A DNA stretch of 64,000 nt from Pelolinea sp. (GCA_012797975.1 JAAZOD010000022.1:22797-86796), one strand, 5' to 3'; numbered from the stretch's first letter, positions 8,842 to 19,101 are shown. Made by a program: numbers and translations. The notes: a model not told the origin generated them from the letters alone.

Positions 8842-10494
8842 ATGAAAGCACTGCATAAGGTTTTTCTATTGCTGTTCTGCTGTTCCCTGGGATTGGCTGC
8901 CTGCGCTCCCGGGACGGAACAGGCAGCGGTGGTGGCAACTCCCGCTTCGGAGATTGCTTCAACTCCAACTGCTGTTACGAAGAACACTTATTACGTATGG
9001 GTAGCTCCGTATTTACCGCAGGACCTTCAGGATCAACTGTTTTTGCCGCCCAATGTGGTCAGGGTGGATGCACAGGACCAGGCGGATGTCTGGCTGGATA
9101 TTGGCAGCGATCAGCCGGTCAGCCAATGGGTGTATGCTCTGGCTGCTCCCTTCTCAACCGTGGCCGATTCCATCACCTTTCAGGAGCTGTTGCAGGTGTG
9201 GAATGGACAGGCCCCGACTGATTCTCCTCTGCAAAAAATCCTGATGGATGGCAAGACCAAGGCCATCTTTGAAAAAATGTGGGGCACACCTTCCGGAGCT
9301 GCGGTGATCCTGACCAGTGAAGACGATTTGCTCAGCACCGCCTGGAGCGAAGAGAATGTCTGGGCGATCGTTCCATTTGACGCACTGGAAATCCGCTGGA
9401 AGGTGATCGCGGTGGATGGGATTTCTCCCTTGGATGATGATTTCAAGGCCGGCCAATATGCGTTGAGCGTTTCCTTTTCATTGTTGGGGAAAGCGGAATT
9501 TTTGCAAGCGGTGAACGATAGCATTGCCGCATCAGGGAGCGCGCTGGTTCCTGCCACCAATCGTGATGAGAACAAGATCACGACCGTTGTCATGACGGGT
9601 GTTACCGCCATGGTGCGGGGCACCGCCTATATGATGGAAAAATACGGCATGACCTATCCGGCTCTGGACATTGGAGATATTCTTCGAAGCGCGGATATTA
9701 CTCATATCAGCAATGAGATCCCATTTACAGAAACCTGCCCCAATCCTTTCTATAATGCCCAGAACGATGCCAATCTGGTTTTTTGCAGCAAACCGGAATA
9801 TATCCAATTGCTTGAATCGGTGGGGACGGATGTGGTGGAATTGACCGGCGATCATTTCCGCGATTGGGGTGCGGATGCCATGCTGTACACCTTGAACATG
9901 TATGATGAACGCGGCTGGAAATACTATGGGGGAGGGCATAACCTGGCCGAAGGGCAGGCACCAGCGCTTTTTGAGCATAACGGCAATAAGATCGCTTTCT
10001 TGGGTTGCAATGCCAAACCCGAAGGGTATGCCACGGCCACCTCCGATTCGCCCGGTGCCGTACACTGCGACCTGCAGGAGATGGCGGAACAGATCAAAGC
10101 CGTGAAAGAACAGGGATATATTCCCATCGTGACCTTCCAGCATATTGAGTATTACAGCTATACTGCCAGCCCCTATCTGGTGGATGATTTTCATGCGGTT
10201 GCGGATGCCGGCGCGGCCATTGTGAGCGGCAGCCAGGCACATCAACCGCACGCCTTTGAATTCTATAAAGGTGCATTCTTGCATTATGGGTTGGGAAATT
10301 TGTTCTTCGACCAATATAATGAGGGTTTGGCACAGCGCCAGGCGTTCATCGATCGCTATGTCATTTATGATGGCCGTGTGCTCAGCGTTGATCCGATCGC
10401 CATTGAGTTTGTGGATATGGCTCGCTCGCGCTTGATGACCGCGGAGGAACGCGAACAGTTATTGAAGACTGTGTTTGCCGCCAGTGGATGGTAA
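8842..10494 (+). CDS. CapA/PGA_cap family metallophosphatase-like lipoprotein
   Basis: Lipobox LGLAAC. The C-terminal part shows typical CapA-family blocks: [21 protein letters not shown]...[21 protein letters not shown]. Confidence 0.75.
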   Translation: MKALHKVFLLLFCCSLGLAACAPGTEQAAVVATPASEIASTPTAVTKNTYYVWVAPYLPQDLQDQLFLPPNVVRVDAQDQADVWLDIGSDQPVSQWVYALAAPFSTVADSITFQELLQVWNGQAPTDSPLQKILMDGKTKAIFEKMWGTPSGAAVILTSEDDLLSTAWSEENVWAIVPFDALEIRWKVIAVDGISPLDDDFKAGQYALSVSFSLLGKAEFLQAVNDSIAASGSALVPATNRDENKITTVVMTGVTAMVRGTAYMMEKYGMTYPALDIGDILRSADITHISNEIPFTETCPNPFYNAQNDANLVFCSKPEYIQLLESVGTDVVELTGDHFRDWGADAMLYTLNMYDERGWKYYGGGHNLAEGQAPALFEHNGNKIAFLGCNAKPEGYATATSDSPGAVHCDLQEMAEQIKAVKEQGYIPIVTFQHIEYYSYTASPYLVDDFHAVADAGAAIVSGSQAHQPHAFEFYKGAFLHYGLGNLFFDQYNEGLAQRQAFIDRYVIYDGRVLSVDPIAIEFVDMARSRLMTAEEREQLLKTVFAASGW

Positions 10495-10516
10495 TTTAAT
10501 AAAAAGAGGAGAAAAA

Positions 10517-11071
10517 ATGGGTGTCTTACCGGATTATAAAATACGAGAATATGCAAAAAAGCAGGCCATGATCGAACCTTTTGTGGATGGCCAGGTTCGG
10601 GATGGCAAGATTTCTTATGGACTTTCTTCTTACGGGTATGACATTCGTGTGGCGGATGAATTCAAGATCTTCACCAACGTCTATACCACGGTGGTGGATC
10701 CCAAGAATTTCGACCTGCGCTCCATGGTCGATTTTCAAGGGGAACTGTGCATCATTCCCCCCAATTCCTTTGCCCTGGCTCGCACGGTGGAATATTTTCA
10801 CATCCCGCGCGGTGTGATGACCATCTGCGTGGGCAAAAGCACTTATGCGCGCTGCGGGATCATTGTGAACGTGACCCCTTTTGAACCGGAATGGGAAGGG
10901 TACGCTACCTTGGAGATCTCCAATACCACACCTCTGCCGGCCAAGATCTACTCGAATGAGGGTATTGCCCAGGTGCTGTTTCTGGAAGGGGATGGAATTT
11001 GCGAAACCTCGTATGCCGATAAGAAAGGGAAATATCAGGCGCAGCAGAGCATCGTACTGCCAAAACTGTAA
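10517..11071 (+). CDS. dcd: dCTP deaminase
   Basis: [12 protein letters not shown]...SSYGYDIRV...[17 protein letters not shown]...[11 protein letters not shown] trimmed to the ATG at 10517, preceded by GAGGAG. Confidence 0.9.
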   Translation: MGVLPDYKIREYAKKQAMIEPFVDGQVRDGKISYGLSSYGYDIRVADEFKIFTNVYTTVVDPKNFDLRSMVDFQGELCIIPPNSFALARTVEYFHIPRGVMTICVGKSTYARCGIIVNVTPFEPEWEGYATLEISNTTPLPAKIYSNEGIAQVLFLEGDGICETSYADKKGKYQAQQSIVLPKL

Positions 11072-11089
11072 GGCGAATACAGCGGGCAG

Positions 11090-12181
11090 CTATTCATAGT
11101 ACTGCATGTGCATGGCTTTTCTGAGATCGTTCAACGTTTGATTGGCGATCTCGTTCGCTTTTAAATTCCCTTCGCGCAAAATGTTCCAGATCAGCGCCGT
11201 TTCGGAGCGATAATGATTTCTCCGCTCGCGGATGGGGCGGAAATATTCATTGACCGCTTCGGTGAGGTGCTTTTTGAGTCCCGCAGCCCCGCTGTTCCCG
11301 ATCTGGTCAGCCAGAATTTCCGGCTCGGTGCCGGTGCAAAAAGAGTAAAGTCGCAGCAAGTTAGCCACCTCCGGACGGTTGACGGGGTCATAATGGATGT
11401 GCATATCCGAATCGGTCTTGGCCTGCTTGATCAATTTCGCCGTTTCATCCTCGCTCATTTTCAAATAAATGGCATTGTGCAAACTTTTCCCCATTTTGCG
11501 TCCGTCGACCCCCAGCAGGATGGGTGCGCTCAGCAGCAGCTCCGGCTCGGGGAAGAAGCTTTCTCCCGCGAAATACAGATGGTTGATGCGGCGCGCGATG
11601 AGCCGGGTGAGCTCAATGTGCGGCAATTGATCTTTCCCACCGGGTACCACATTGCCCTTGCAATACAGGATATCGGCCGCTTGGTGGACGGGGTAGGTCA
11701 TCATCAATCCGCTCACCGATTTTGTTCCGGAGAGGGCGATCTCATCCTTCACGGTGGGATTGCGCTGCAGCTCTGCCATGCTGACCACGCTGAGAAAGGG
11801 GAGCATCAACTGGTTGAGGGAAGGGACCATGCTGTGGCAGAAAATGGTGCTTTTTTCGGGTTGAATGCCTACCGCCAGATAGTCGAGGATGATCTCGAAA
11901 ACGCTTTCCTTGAGCATCTCGGTGGAGGTTCGATCGGTGATGGCCTGGTAATCTGCCAGCACCAGAAAGAGCTCCACACCCCAGTTCTGCAGGGTCACCC
12001 TGCTTTTCAAAGAACCGAAGTAATGCCCGATGTGCAGGGCTCCGGTGGTGCGTTCTCCGGTCAGAATGCGAAATTTGGAGGGCTGTTCTTCCAGTTCCCT
12101 CCACAGCATGGGGCTTCTGGCGATGCACTCTTTTAAAGACTCGTTTTCGTTTCCAAACAACGGCATTTCATGGTTTTCCAT
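11090..12181 (-). CDS. trpS: tryptophan--tRNA ligase
   Basis: Class I HIGH motif (TGALHIGHY) and KMSKS-type loop (KMGKS). Its size and layout fit TrpRS better than TyrRS. Confidence 0.8.
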   Translation of the reverse strand: MENHEMPLFGNENESLKECIARSPMLWRELEEQPSKFRILTGERTTGALHIGHYFGSLKSRVTLQNWGVELFLVLADYQAITDRTSTEMLKESVFEIILDYLAVGIQPEKSTIFCHSMVPSLNQLMLPFLSVVSMAELQRNPTVKDEIALSGTKSVSGLMMTYPVHQAADILYCKGNVVPGGKDQLPHIELTRLIARRINHLYFAGESFFPEPELLLSAPILLGVDGRKMGKSLHNAIYLKMSEDETAKLIKQAKTDSDMHIHYDPVNRPEVANLLRLYSFCTGTEPEILADQIGNSGAAGLKKHLTEAVNEYFRPIRERRNHYRSETALIWNILREGNLKANEIANQTLNDLRKAMHMQYYE

Positions 12182-12286
12182 ATCGCACCGTATCCCTGAA
12201 TGAAAGAAGTAAAAAGATTATATACGAATTGGGGTGGTCTTCATGGTATTTCATTTTGTGCTTTTTCCTGGAATTTCTGGTTAATG

Positions 12287-12317
12287 TTGACTCTGCTATC
12301 TTATTAGTATATACTAA
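12287..12317 (+). promoter_or_regulatory. feoAB promoter with an overlapping perfect 14-bp palindrome (candidate metalloregulator operator)
   Basis: TTGACT (12287-12292), a 17-nt spacer, TATACT (12310-12315). TTAGTATATACTAA (12304-12317) is its own reverse complement. The feoA ATG lies 7 nt after the -10 with no SD. Confidence 0.45.
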
Positions 12318-12322
12318 CCTAT

Positions 12323-12550
12323 ATGACTATTCTGGATGCGAAGAACGATACATGGTTGAGGATTATCGGCTTTCATGGCGGCAGGGGAATGGCGCGCAAT
12401 TTCATGCAGCTTGGATTCCTGCCGGGAAATACCGCACGCATCCTTCGGATGGCCCCTTTTCACGGACCTTTGTTGGTGGAAGTGGATGGGCGTGAGATCG
12501 TGATTGGGCGCAGCATTGCCGGAAAGATCATCGTGGAGGAACTGGCATGA
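12323..12550 (+). CDS. feoA: FeoA family protein
   Basis: 75 aa with the SH3-like FeoA pattern (LRIIGFHGGRGMARNFMQLGFLPGNTARIL). It overlaps the feoB start (ATGA). Confidence 0.85.
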   Translation: MTILDAKNDTWLRIIGFHGGRGMARNFMQLGFLPGNTARILRMAPFHGPLLVEVDGREIVIGRSIAGKIIVEELA

Positions 12551-14460
12551 GATTCGCTTTGGTGGGCCAACCGAACTGTGGGAAAAGCACGTTGTTCAAT
12601 CAGGTGGCCGGATATAAAGCTGCTACGGGGAATTTTTCCGGAACAACGGTGACGTTTACGGAGACGAAAGTTCATGTTCTGGGAAAGGTGATCGAGCTGG
12701 TCGATCTCCCCGGTACCTATTCCTTGCTGGGTACGAATCCGGCTGAGCGGGTGGTGTTGGATTACCTGGTCAGCAATGAAGTGGATGCCATCATCAATGT
12801 GGTGGATGCGACCCATCTGGCGCAGGGGTTGACGCTCACGCTGGAGCTGCTGGAACTGAAGCGCCCGTTGGTTTTGGCGGTGAATATGATGGATGAAGCG
12901 GCCCGTCAGGGCATTCATATTGACGGGCAGGCCTTGGGGCAGATGCTGCAAATCCCTGTGTTGCCCATTATTGCTACCAAAGGGCAGGGTGTGCGGGTGG
13001 TGTTCTCGACCGCCTACAATATTGCCAAGGATCACATCGATGCAAAACGCCAGACCTATTCATCGGAACTGGAAGAGCAGATTGCTCATATTCAACAGCT
13101 CATCGCGTCGGTTCGTTTGCCGGTGGGCGGTGAGGCGCTGGCGCTGAAACTGCTGGAAGGTGATCCTGCTTTGACCGAGCAGGTCGGCCGCCAGGTGGCG
13201 GGGATCGAGTACGAAATTCAACGATCCGTGGACACTCTCTGTCATATCACCGGTAGGCAGGCAATGTGGCTGGTCAGCAAGGAACGCCATGATCTGGCTT
13301 TGGCAATTTGTGCCAAAGTTTTTAAGAGAACCGATCAAAGGCCGGGGCTGCGGGAACGATTGGATGATTATCTGCTGCATCCTTTCTTTGGATATGTGTT
13401 CCTGGTTGCCATCCTGTTCCTGTTCTTCTGGTCGGTGAACAAGATCGGAGGGGTGATTGAAACGCCGCTGGTGCAGTTTTCAGATTATCTGGATACGAGA
13501 TTGTTGACGGCCCTGGCCGGCAAGAATTTGCTGGCGCAGATCCTGTCCGGCGCCTTGCAGGGATTCATGGGTGGATTGTCGATCGTGCTGCCCTATCTGG
13601 TGCCATTCCTGATCGGGCTTGGGCTGCTGGAAGATGTGGGCTATTTGCCGCGCATCGCGTTCCTCATGGATTCGCTCATGCACCGCATGGGACTGCACGG
13701 CAAGGCAGTGGTACCTTTCATTTTAGGGTATGGTTGCAATGTCACTTCCATCATGTCCGCACGCATCATGGAAGAAAAACGCGACCGTTTTCTGTCGGCG
13801 CTGCTTTCCAGCATGGTACCCTGTTCTGCACGCATGGCGATCATCTTCGGGCTGGCGGCTTATTACCTGGGCCCTGCTTATGGGGTGGGCATTTATTTTC
13901 TTAATATCGTTGTGATCGCGCTTACCGGTCGTGTCATCTCCCATTTTCTGCCGGATGATTCGCCGGGTTTGATCTTGGAAATGCCGGTTTACCGTTTTCC
14001 AACGCTGCGCACGGTTACCGCCAAGGCTTGGTTGCGTATCCGTGAGTTCATCGTGGAGGCCTGGCCGCTATTGATCGTCGGCAGCATCATTTTGGCGGTC
14101 ATGAATTATTTCCATCTTTCTCAGATCACCGATGTGATCTTCCGGCCGGTCACTTGGCTGTTGGATCTGCCATCGCAGGTGGGAACTCCGTTGATCTTTG
14201 GCATTTTGCGCAAAGAGTTGTCCCTCATCATGTTGGGTCAGGCACTGGGCAGCATGGATTTCAGTCAGGTTCTTAGCAAAGTCCAAATGCTCAGCTATAC
14301 CATTTTCGTGGTCTTTTATATCCCCTGCCTGGCGACCTTGATCGCGATCCGTAAGGAATTGGGCACAAAATCCATGCTTGCCATCACTGGCATTACCTTT
14401 TTGGTGGCGGTGATCACAGCTCTGGCAGTGCGGATGGTTGCGGCACCTTTGCTGGTTTGA
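12547..14460 (+). CDS. feoB: ferrous iron transporter FeoB
   Basis: N-terminal G-domain GQPNCGKSTLFN, DLPGTYSL, followed by a polytopic membrane domain. Confidence 0.95.
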   Translation: MRFALVGQPNCGKSTLFNQVAGYKAATGNFSGTTVTFTETKVHVLGKVIELVDLPGTYSLLGTNPAERVVLDYLVSNEVDAIINVVDATHLAQGLTLTLELLELKRPLVLAVNMMDEAARQGIHIDGQALGQMLQIPVLPIIATKGQGVRVVFSTAYNIAKDHIDAKRQTYSSELEEQIAHIQQLIASVRLPVGGEALALKLLEGDPALTEQVGRQVAGIEYEIQRSVDTLCHITGRQAMWLVSKERHDLALAICAKVFKRTDQRPGLRERLDDYLLHPFFGYVFLVAILFLFFWSVNKIGGVIETPLVQFSDYLDTRLLTALAGKNLLAQILSGALQGFMGGLSIVLPYLVPFLIGLGLLEDVGYLPRIAFLMDSLMHRMGLHGKAVVPFILGYGCNVTSIMSARIMEEKRDRFLSALLSSMVPCSARMAIIFGLAAYYLGPAYGVGIYFLNIVVIALTGRVISHFLPDDSPGLILEMPVYRFPTLRTVTAKAWLRIREFIVEAWPLLIVGSIILAVMNYFHLSQITDVIFRPVTWLLDLPSQVGTPLIFGILRKELSLIMLGQALGSMDFSQVLSKVQMLSYTIFVVFYIPCLATLIAIRKELGTKSMLAITGITFLVAVITALAVRMVAAPLLV

Positions 14461-14464
14461 GCGG

Positions 14465-15391
14465 TCATGTGCGGGTGAACCACTTCAAAAATTTCTCCGC
14501 TTCCTCGTAATACTGGAATTTTCTTTCCTGTTGTTTGAATTGGGCGGTGTGTGCCAATCGGTAGGTGTTCACTTCTTTTAACCCCACTCTCTTGTGCAGC
14601 ATTTCGTGGTACAGCACATATTCCACCACATAAGGAGGGATGCTTTGCTGATCCAGATAGCAGCTCAGGGTGATGGTGTCGGTGTCCGGATGGTAGTAAC
14701 CCAACCGTCGGGTGGCCCTGCGACTGCTCCAGCATAAACGCGGCTGTTCGAGGCGGTTTTGAAAATACTCGGCGTTGATCTTATGAAAAAGCTGCTGGAG
14801 GTCGTAGTAATTTCCGTGGGTTGACCGGGAAGATTGCGCGGAGTGTTGCCAGATCAGTTCCATGATGCGTTTGTACGCAGCGGATCTGCTCAGTGCCCGT
14901 AATTGTGTCAGGTTTCTGCGATTCGAGCGCACGCTGCAATCCACCAGGATCTGGACGGTTTGGGGGTCAGCGCTGACAAATCCTTCCCCGATGGTGACCG
15001 TGTACCCATCCCGGCCGGGCTTGCATTGAAACACAAAGGGACTGTTGTACATGCGTACGGAAACAACCCGGTGGGTTTTGGCTTTCCATTCCTGTAAAAA
15101 GCGGGAAAGAAACTGAAGATGTTGCTTGAAGTGATCGGGATCACTGAGAAATATCAGCCACAGAAAACCGCGATATCCGGCATCGCTCAGGTCAGCCGGT
15201 TGGCAGCCGCGTTTTTGACAGCGCTGCAGGATGGTTTGCTGTGTGGTCCGAATATCTTTCAGCAATTGTTCGGATTCGGTTGTGGGCATTGTCATGCCGC
15301 TGATGGCCTTCTCTGCGATGGCTTGAAAACGGATTTGGATATCCTCAAGGATAGAAGTAAAGTTGCGCAGTTGCAGCGTTCTGGCGGGCAT
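14465..15391 (-). CDS. DUF45/YgjP-like (SprT-like) zinc metallopeptidase domain protein with an uncharacterised N-terminal half
   Basis: The C-terminal YVLYHEMLHKRVG...AHTAQFKQQERKF fits the HExxH...H..F pattern of DUF45. I do not recognise the N-terminal ~190 aa. Confidence 0.6.
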   Translation of the reverse strand: MPARTLQLRNFTSILEDIQIRFQAIAEKAISGMTMPTTESEQLLKDIRTTQQTILQRCQKRGCQPADLSDAGYRGFLWLIFLSDPDHFKQHLQFLSRFLQEWKAKTHRVVSVRMYNSPFVFQCKPGRDGYTVTIGEGFVSADPQTVQILVDCSVRSNRRNLTQLRALSRSAAYKRIMELIWQHSAQSSRSTHGNYYDLQQLFHKINAEYFQNRLEQPRLCWSSRRATRRLGYYHPDTDTITLSCYLDQQSIPPYVVEYVLYHEMLHKRVGLKEVNTYRLAHTAQFKQQERKFQYYEEAEKFLKWFTRT

Positions 15392-15576
15392 GAGTGTGAT
15401 CCTGAAAATGGATTTTGGTGCTGCCTGATTTTAATGCGAATTCACAAAAAAACGGCAGCCGATTTACGATGTTTTCCATCTTTTCATTTCAAATAAACTG
15501 GTGTAATATTGCCCGCAATAATTCCATTGAAAAATGGATGCATACTACTTGTTCATCTAAAAGGAGATAAGAAAAG

Positions 15577-15765
15577 ATGAAAACGGCACCATGCCCGGAT
15601 TGCGGAAGTGATGTGAATGTAGGTTCGCAGCCGCGTGTCGGCAAGCAGGTTGTGTGTGATTCCTGCGGCGCAGAACTCGAGGTGGTCTGGTTGGACCCCA
15701 TCGAGCTGGATTATCCAATGATGGATATTGATGATTATGAGGAGTTATCAGACGACGAAAGATAA
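15577..15765 (+). CDS. LysW-like zinc-ribbon protein (amino-group carrier family) with an atypical C-terminus
   Basis: CPDCGSDVNV...GKQVVCDSCGAELEVVWLDPIEL followed by an acidic tail. This is the same layout as LysW (CPxCG...C..CGAELEV..LDP). AAGGAGA SD upstream. The protein ends ...DDER rather than the EDWGE I remember for LysW. Confidence 0.6.
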   Translation: MKTAPCPDCGSDVNVGSQPRVGKQVVCDSCGAELEVVWLDPIELDYPMMDIDDYEELSDDER

Positions 15766-15790
15766 TTAATCATTCGATGATTATGGAAAG

Positions 15791-15828
15791 AAAAAGGCAT
15801 TGGAATAACCGTTTCAATGCCTTTTTTC
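15791..15828 (+). terminator. intrinsic terminator after the LysW-like gene
   Basis: AAGGCATTG (15794-15802) pairs with CAATGCCTT (15815-15823), with a T-run to 15827. Confidence 0.7.
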
Positions 15829-15855
15829 AATGTTAAAATGGGTTGCTCACAATTG

Positions 15856-17607
15856 ATGAAAAATCTGATTGAATTTGACGGAGTTGACTTTTCCTATTCG
15901 CTTCCATCCGGAGAGCGTATTGATGCTGTGCGTGACCTGACCTTTTCCATTCAGCCCGGGGAATGGGTGGCGTTGATTGGGGCGAACGGTTCGGGTAAGA
16001 CCACCCTGGTTAAACTGGTCAATGGCTTGTTCGTCCCCGATGGGGGTATGGTCAGGGTGGGTGGATCCCTGACCTCCGATCGTACCCATCAGGCGGAAAT
16101 CTTCAGCAAGATCGGGCTGGTCTTTCAAAATCCGCGCGACCAGATTGTGGCTTCTTTAGTGGAAGAGGATACCGCTTTTGGACCGGAAAATCTGTGCTTG
16201 CCGCGCGCTGAGATCAATGAGCGGGTGGACGCCAGTCTTGCCATGAGCGGAGCTGCTTACCTGAAAAAACGGCCAACGTATTTCCTGTCGGCTGGCGAAA
16301 CACAGCGTATTGCGCTGGCCGGGGTGCTGGCGCTGCGCCCATCTTGTCTGATCTTTGACGAAACTACCTCCATGCTCGATCCCCGCTCGCGCTGTGACCT
16401 GCTGGAATTGATGCGCAAGTTTCATGCACAGGGTTTCACCATCCTTCATGTGACCCATGACCTGGATGAAGCGTTGCTGGCGGAACGTGTGCTGGTTCTG
16501 CACGCCGGGCGGCTGGTCATGGATGGTTCCCCGCAGCAGATCTTTCAAAAAGATGAACAATTGCGGGAATATGGATTGACGCTTCCTTTTCTGGTGCGCT
16601 TTGCGCGTGATTTGGCTTCCCTTTTTCCATCCATCGCGCCCTTTTATCGCTCTGCCGGTGAGCTTCTGATTGATCTGCGCAAGATATCCGCTGCCGGGCA
16701 GACGGCAGCGGAACCTCGTCGGGAACCATCTTCGGTCCGATCGGATATTTTGATCGATGTGACGCGGCTTGCGCATGCCTATATGGCCGGCACGCCTTTG
16801 GAGCGGACCGCACTGCAGGATGTCACTTTTTCTGTAGCAGAGGGGCAGAGTGCGGGCCTGGTCGGTCAAACCGGTTCCGGCAAGTCGACCCTGCTGCAAC
16901 ATCTGAACGGCTTGATTCGCCCTCAACAGGGAAAAGTGCGCATGGGCGATTTTGACCTCAGTCAAAAGGATGTGGATGTCAGGGCACTGCGCAGGCAGGT
17001 GGGTTTGGTCTTTCAGATCCCTGAAGCGCAGTTCTTTGAAACTTATGCGGGGGATGAGATCGCCTATGCTGCGCGCATGTTGGGATACTCCGGAAAGTTA
17101 CGTGAACTGGTGCAAACGGCCATGCAAATGGTCGGGCTGGATTTTGAGCGGTTTGTGGATCGTCCGCTGCGCAGTTTGAGCGGCGGCCAAAAGCGCAGGG
17201 TCGCGCTGGCTTCGTATCTGGTGATGCAGCCGCGGGTTCTGCTGCTGGATGAACCGTTCGCCGGGCTGGATCCGCTCATTCATCAGGAAATGATCGAACT
17301 TGTGCGCGGCTTTCATGAGGAAGGGAAGACCATTGTGCTCTCCACCCATACCATGCGCGACCTGCTGCAGATCGCGCAGAAGGTGATCGTGTTGAATGAA
17401 GGAAAGACGGCCTTTGAGGGTTCAACGATGCATCTTTTCCATCAGCCGCTCCTGCAAACCTGGGGGCTGGAGATTCCGCTGGAATTGAGCATTGCGGAAG
17501 AATTGCGCAAGAAGGGTTGGAACATTCCCGGAGATAAGGTGCAGTGGCGGGACATGCTGCAATGGCTGCGTGCAAATGCTGCGGAGGGTGGACATGCCCA
17601 CCTTTGA
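15856..17607 (+). CDS. fused energy-coupling-factor transporter ATPase (EcfA1-EcfA2 in one polypeptide)
   Basis: Two complete ABC modules (GANGSGKTT...LSAGETQR...IFDETT and GQTGSGKST...LSGGQKRR...LLDEP). I moved the start to the ATG at 15856 because the track start at 15817 lies inside the upstream terminator. Confidence 0.85.
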   Translation: MKNLIEFDGVDFSYSLPSGERIDAVRDLTFSIQPGEWVALIGANGSGKTTLVKLVNGLFVPDGGMVRVGGSLTSDRTHQAEIFSKIGLVFQNPRDQIVASLVEEDTAFGPENLCLPRAEINERVDASLAMSGAAYLKKRPTYFLSAGETQRIALAGVLALRPSCLIFDETTSMLDPRSRCDLLELMRKFHAQGFTILHVTHDLDEALLAERVLVLHAGRLVMDGSPQQIFQKDEQLREYGLTLPFLVRFARDLASLFPSIAPFYRSAGELLIDLRKISAAGQTAAEPRREPSSVRSDILIDVTRLAHAYMAGTPLERTALQDVTFSVAEGQSAGLVGQTGSGKSTLLQHLNGLIRPQQGKVRMGDFDLSQKDVDVRALRRQVGLVFQIPEAQFFETYAGDEIAYAARMLGYSGKLRELVQTAMQMVGLDFERFVDRPLRSLSGGQKRRVALASYLVMQPRVLLLDEPFAGLDPLIHQEMIELVRGFHEEGKTIVLSTHTMRDLLQIAQKVIVLNEGKTAFEGSTMHLFHQPLLQTWGLEIPLELSIAEELRKKGWNIPGDKVQWRDMLQWLRANAAEGGHAHL

Positions 17608-18436
17608 ATATTTGCGTTCCATCGGCATTGGATATTATTATTCGGGCAATTCCTTTTTGCATGCGCGCGATGCGCGCATCAAGGTGCTGGCTTTCAGTGT
17701 GCTCATTCTGGGCGTGGCGTTGACCAATTCCATGCTTGGATTACTGTTCGCTTTGGCTGCCACTTGCCTGGGCTTTTGGATTGCCAGGGTGCCGTTATTG
17801 CCCTGTTTGCGCACCATCCGTTCCGTGCTGCCGTTTATTGTTCTTTTGTTTCTCATCCAGCTTTTAATCCACCGCAGGGATGACACGCCGGTCATTTTAT
17901 GGAACTGGAAGGCCATCACCATCTATCGCAGTTCCCTGTTTGCCGCACTGCGCATGCTGGTGCGCTTTTTATCCCTCATGCTGGTATTGGGGTTGATGAC
18001 GGCCGTTCTTTCCACCCTTGAATTGCATCACGGTTTGGAGCTGCTGCTGCGGCCTTTGGAGGCGCTGGGGCTGCGCACCGGAACCTTGATCATGGTGATC
18101 CAGATCATGCTGCGCTTTCTGCCGCTCCTGGCTTTGCGCATGGAAGAGATCGCGAAATCACAGGCGGCACGTGGGGCGGCCTGGGATGCAGGGAAGGGTG
18201 GCCTTTTCCAGCGCATCCGTATGGTTTTGCCTTTGATCACGCCGCTGTTCCTCAATACACTGCAGCAGTCGGAACGGGTTGCGGATGCCATGCTCTGCCG
18301 GGGATACGGCATTCACGCGCGGCGCACGCATTATTACGAGTATCATATTGCCTTTGCGGATATTCTGTTCTTTCTGGCTGTTTTGGGGATCACCGCTGCC
18401 GTGGTTTTCCTGCCGTCTTTTCTCGGAGGTTTTTAA
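17594..18436 (+). CDS. ecfT: energy-coupling-factor transporter transmembrane protein EcfT
   Basis: Polytopic protein of CbiQ/EcfT type, following ecfA. The start overlaps the ecfA stop. The track start at 17492 lies inside ecfA and I rejected it. Confidence 0.8.
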   Translation: MPTFEYLRSIGIGYYYSGNSFLHARDARIKVLAFSVLILGVALTNSMLGLLFALAATCLGFWIARVPLLPCLRTIRSVLPFIVLLFLIQLLIHRRDDTPVILWNWKAITIYRSSLFAALRMLVRFLSLMLVLGLMTAVLSTLELHHGLELLLRPLEALGLRTGTLIMVIQIMLRFLPLLALRMEEIAKSQAARGAAWDAGKGGLFQRIRMVLPLITPLFLNTLQQSERVADAMLCRGYGIHARRTHYYEYHIAFADILFFLAVLGITAAVVFLPSFLGGF

Positions 18437-18450
18437 AAGACAGAACGAAA

Positions 18451-18481
18451 AAGAGCGGTTCACATTGAACCGCTCTTTTTA
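18451..18481. terminator. bidirectional terminator between ecfT and the convergent S-component gene
   Basis: AGAGCGGTTCA (18452-18462) pairs with TGAACCGCTCT (18466-18476). It has an A-run before and a T-run after. The last codons of the minus-strand CDS lie in the right arm. Confidence 0.7.
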
Positions 18482-19038
18482 TCTTCAAGGTCTGAACCCT
18501 TCTTTTTGGAAGGGATCTGCCAGTAGGCGCCAACGACCGCCAGTGTGATCAACGCGGAAGCTACGGCTTCCGGCAGACCGTTGGTCACCACCACCGCTCC
18601 CAGCGCTTCCCAGGGGAGGTACCCCAGCAAGCCAAGGATGCCCAGCACCAGAACGGTATTGGTCACACTGCCCACCGCACCGGCAGCCAGCAGACCGGCT
18701 GCCTTCCAGCGTTTGAGCAGACTGAAGATACCCCAGGCGGCCGGCCCGATGAAAAGGCGCGGCAGCACCGATACCAGGGGGTTGGTGAACCATACATCGG
18801 TGGGCCCATTGGGTGCAACGGCAGCTTGGATCATGCTGAAGATGCCGAAGATCAGGCCGACCACCGCGCCGGAAATAGGTCCTTCTAGCACAGCGGCGAT
18901 GATCGCCGGAATTTGCAGGATGGTCAAGGAAACACCGCCGATCCAGGGGATGAATCCCCAGCGGGTGGCTCCCAGCAGGCAGGCAATGGCTGCCATTAAA
19001 CCGGTTGTAACGATACTGCGTGTTCGCTCACGATTCAT
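18460..19038 (-). CDS. ECF transporter S (substrate-capture) component, substrate unknown
   Basis: About 190 aa with 5-6 TM helices, Gly/Ala rich, adjacent to the ECF module. ATG at 19038 is preceded by GGAGGG. Confidence 0.65.
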   Translation of the reverse strand: MNRERTRSIVTTGLMAAIACLLGATRWGFIPWIGGVSLTILQIPAIIAAVLEGPISGAVVGLIFGIFSMIQAAVAPNGPTDVWFTNPLVSVLPRLFIGPAAWGIFSLLKRWKAAGLLAAGAVGSVTNTVLVLGILGLLGYLPWEALGAVVVTNGLPEAVASALITLAVVGAYWQIPSKKKGSDLEDKKSGSM

Positions 19039-19101
19039 AATAAAGTCCCTCCAGACAGTCACCCATTGTAGCATGGTTGTGGGTGAATGGTGTGCAAATG
19101 T

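Noticed and set aside
12182-12286. T-box leader upstream of trpS
   Set aside because: Only about 100 nt are available before the feoA promoter. There is no specifier-loop or T-box (AANNNGGGUGGUACCGCG-like) sequence. A TATAAT (12222-12217, minus strand) suggests a short ordinary 5' UTR.
12229-12495. 88-aa ORF overlapping the feoA promoter and feoA
   Set aside because: It is in a different frame from the clearly FeoA-like ORF, begins inside the promoter elements, and has no motif.
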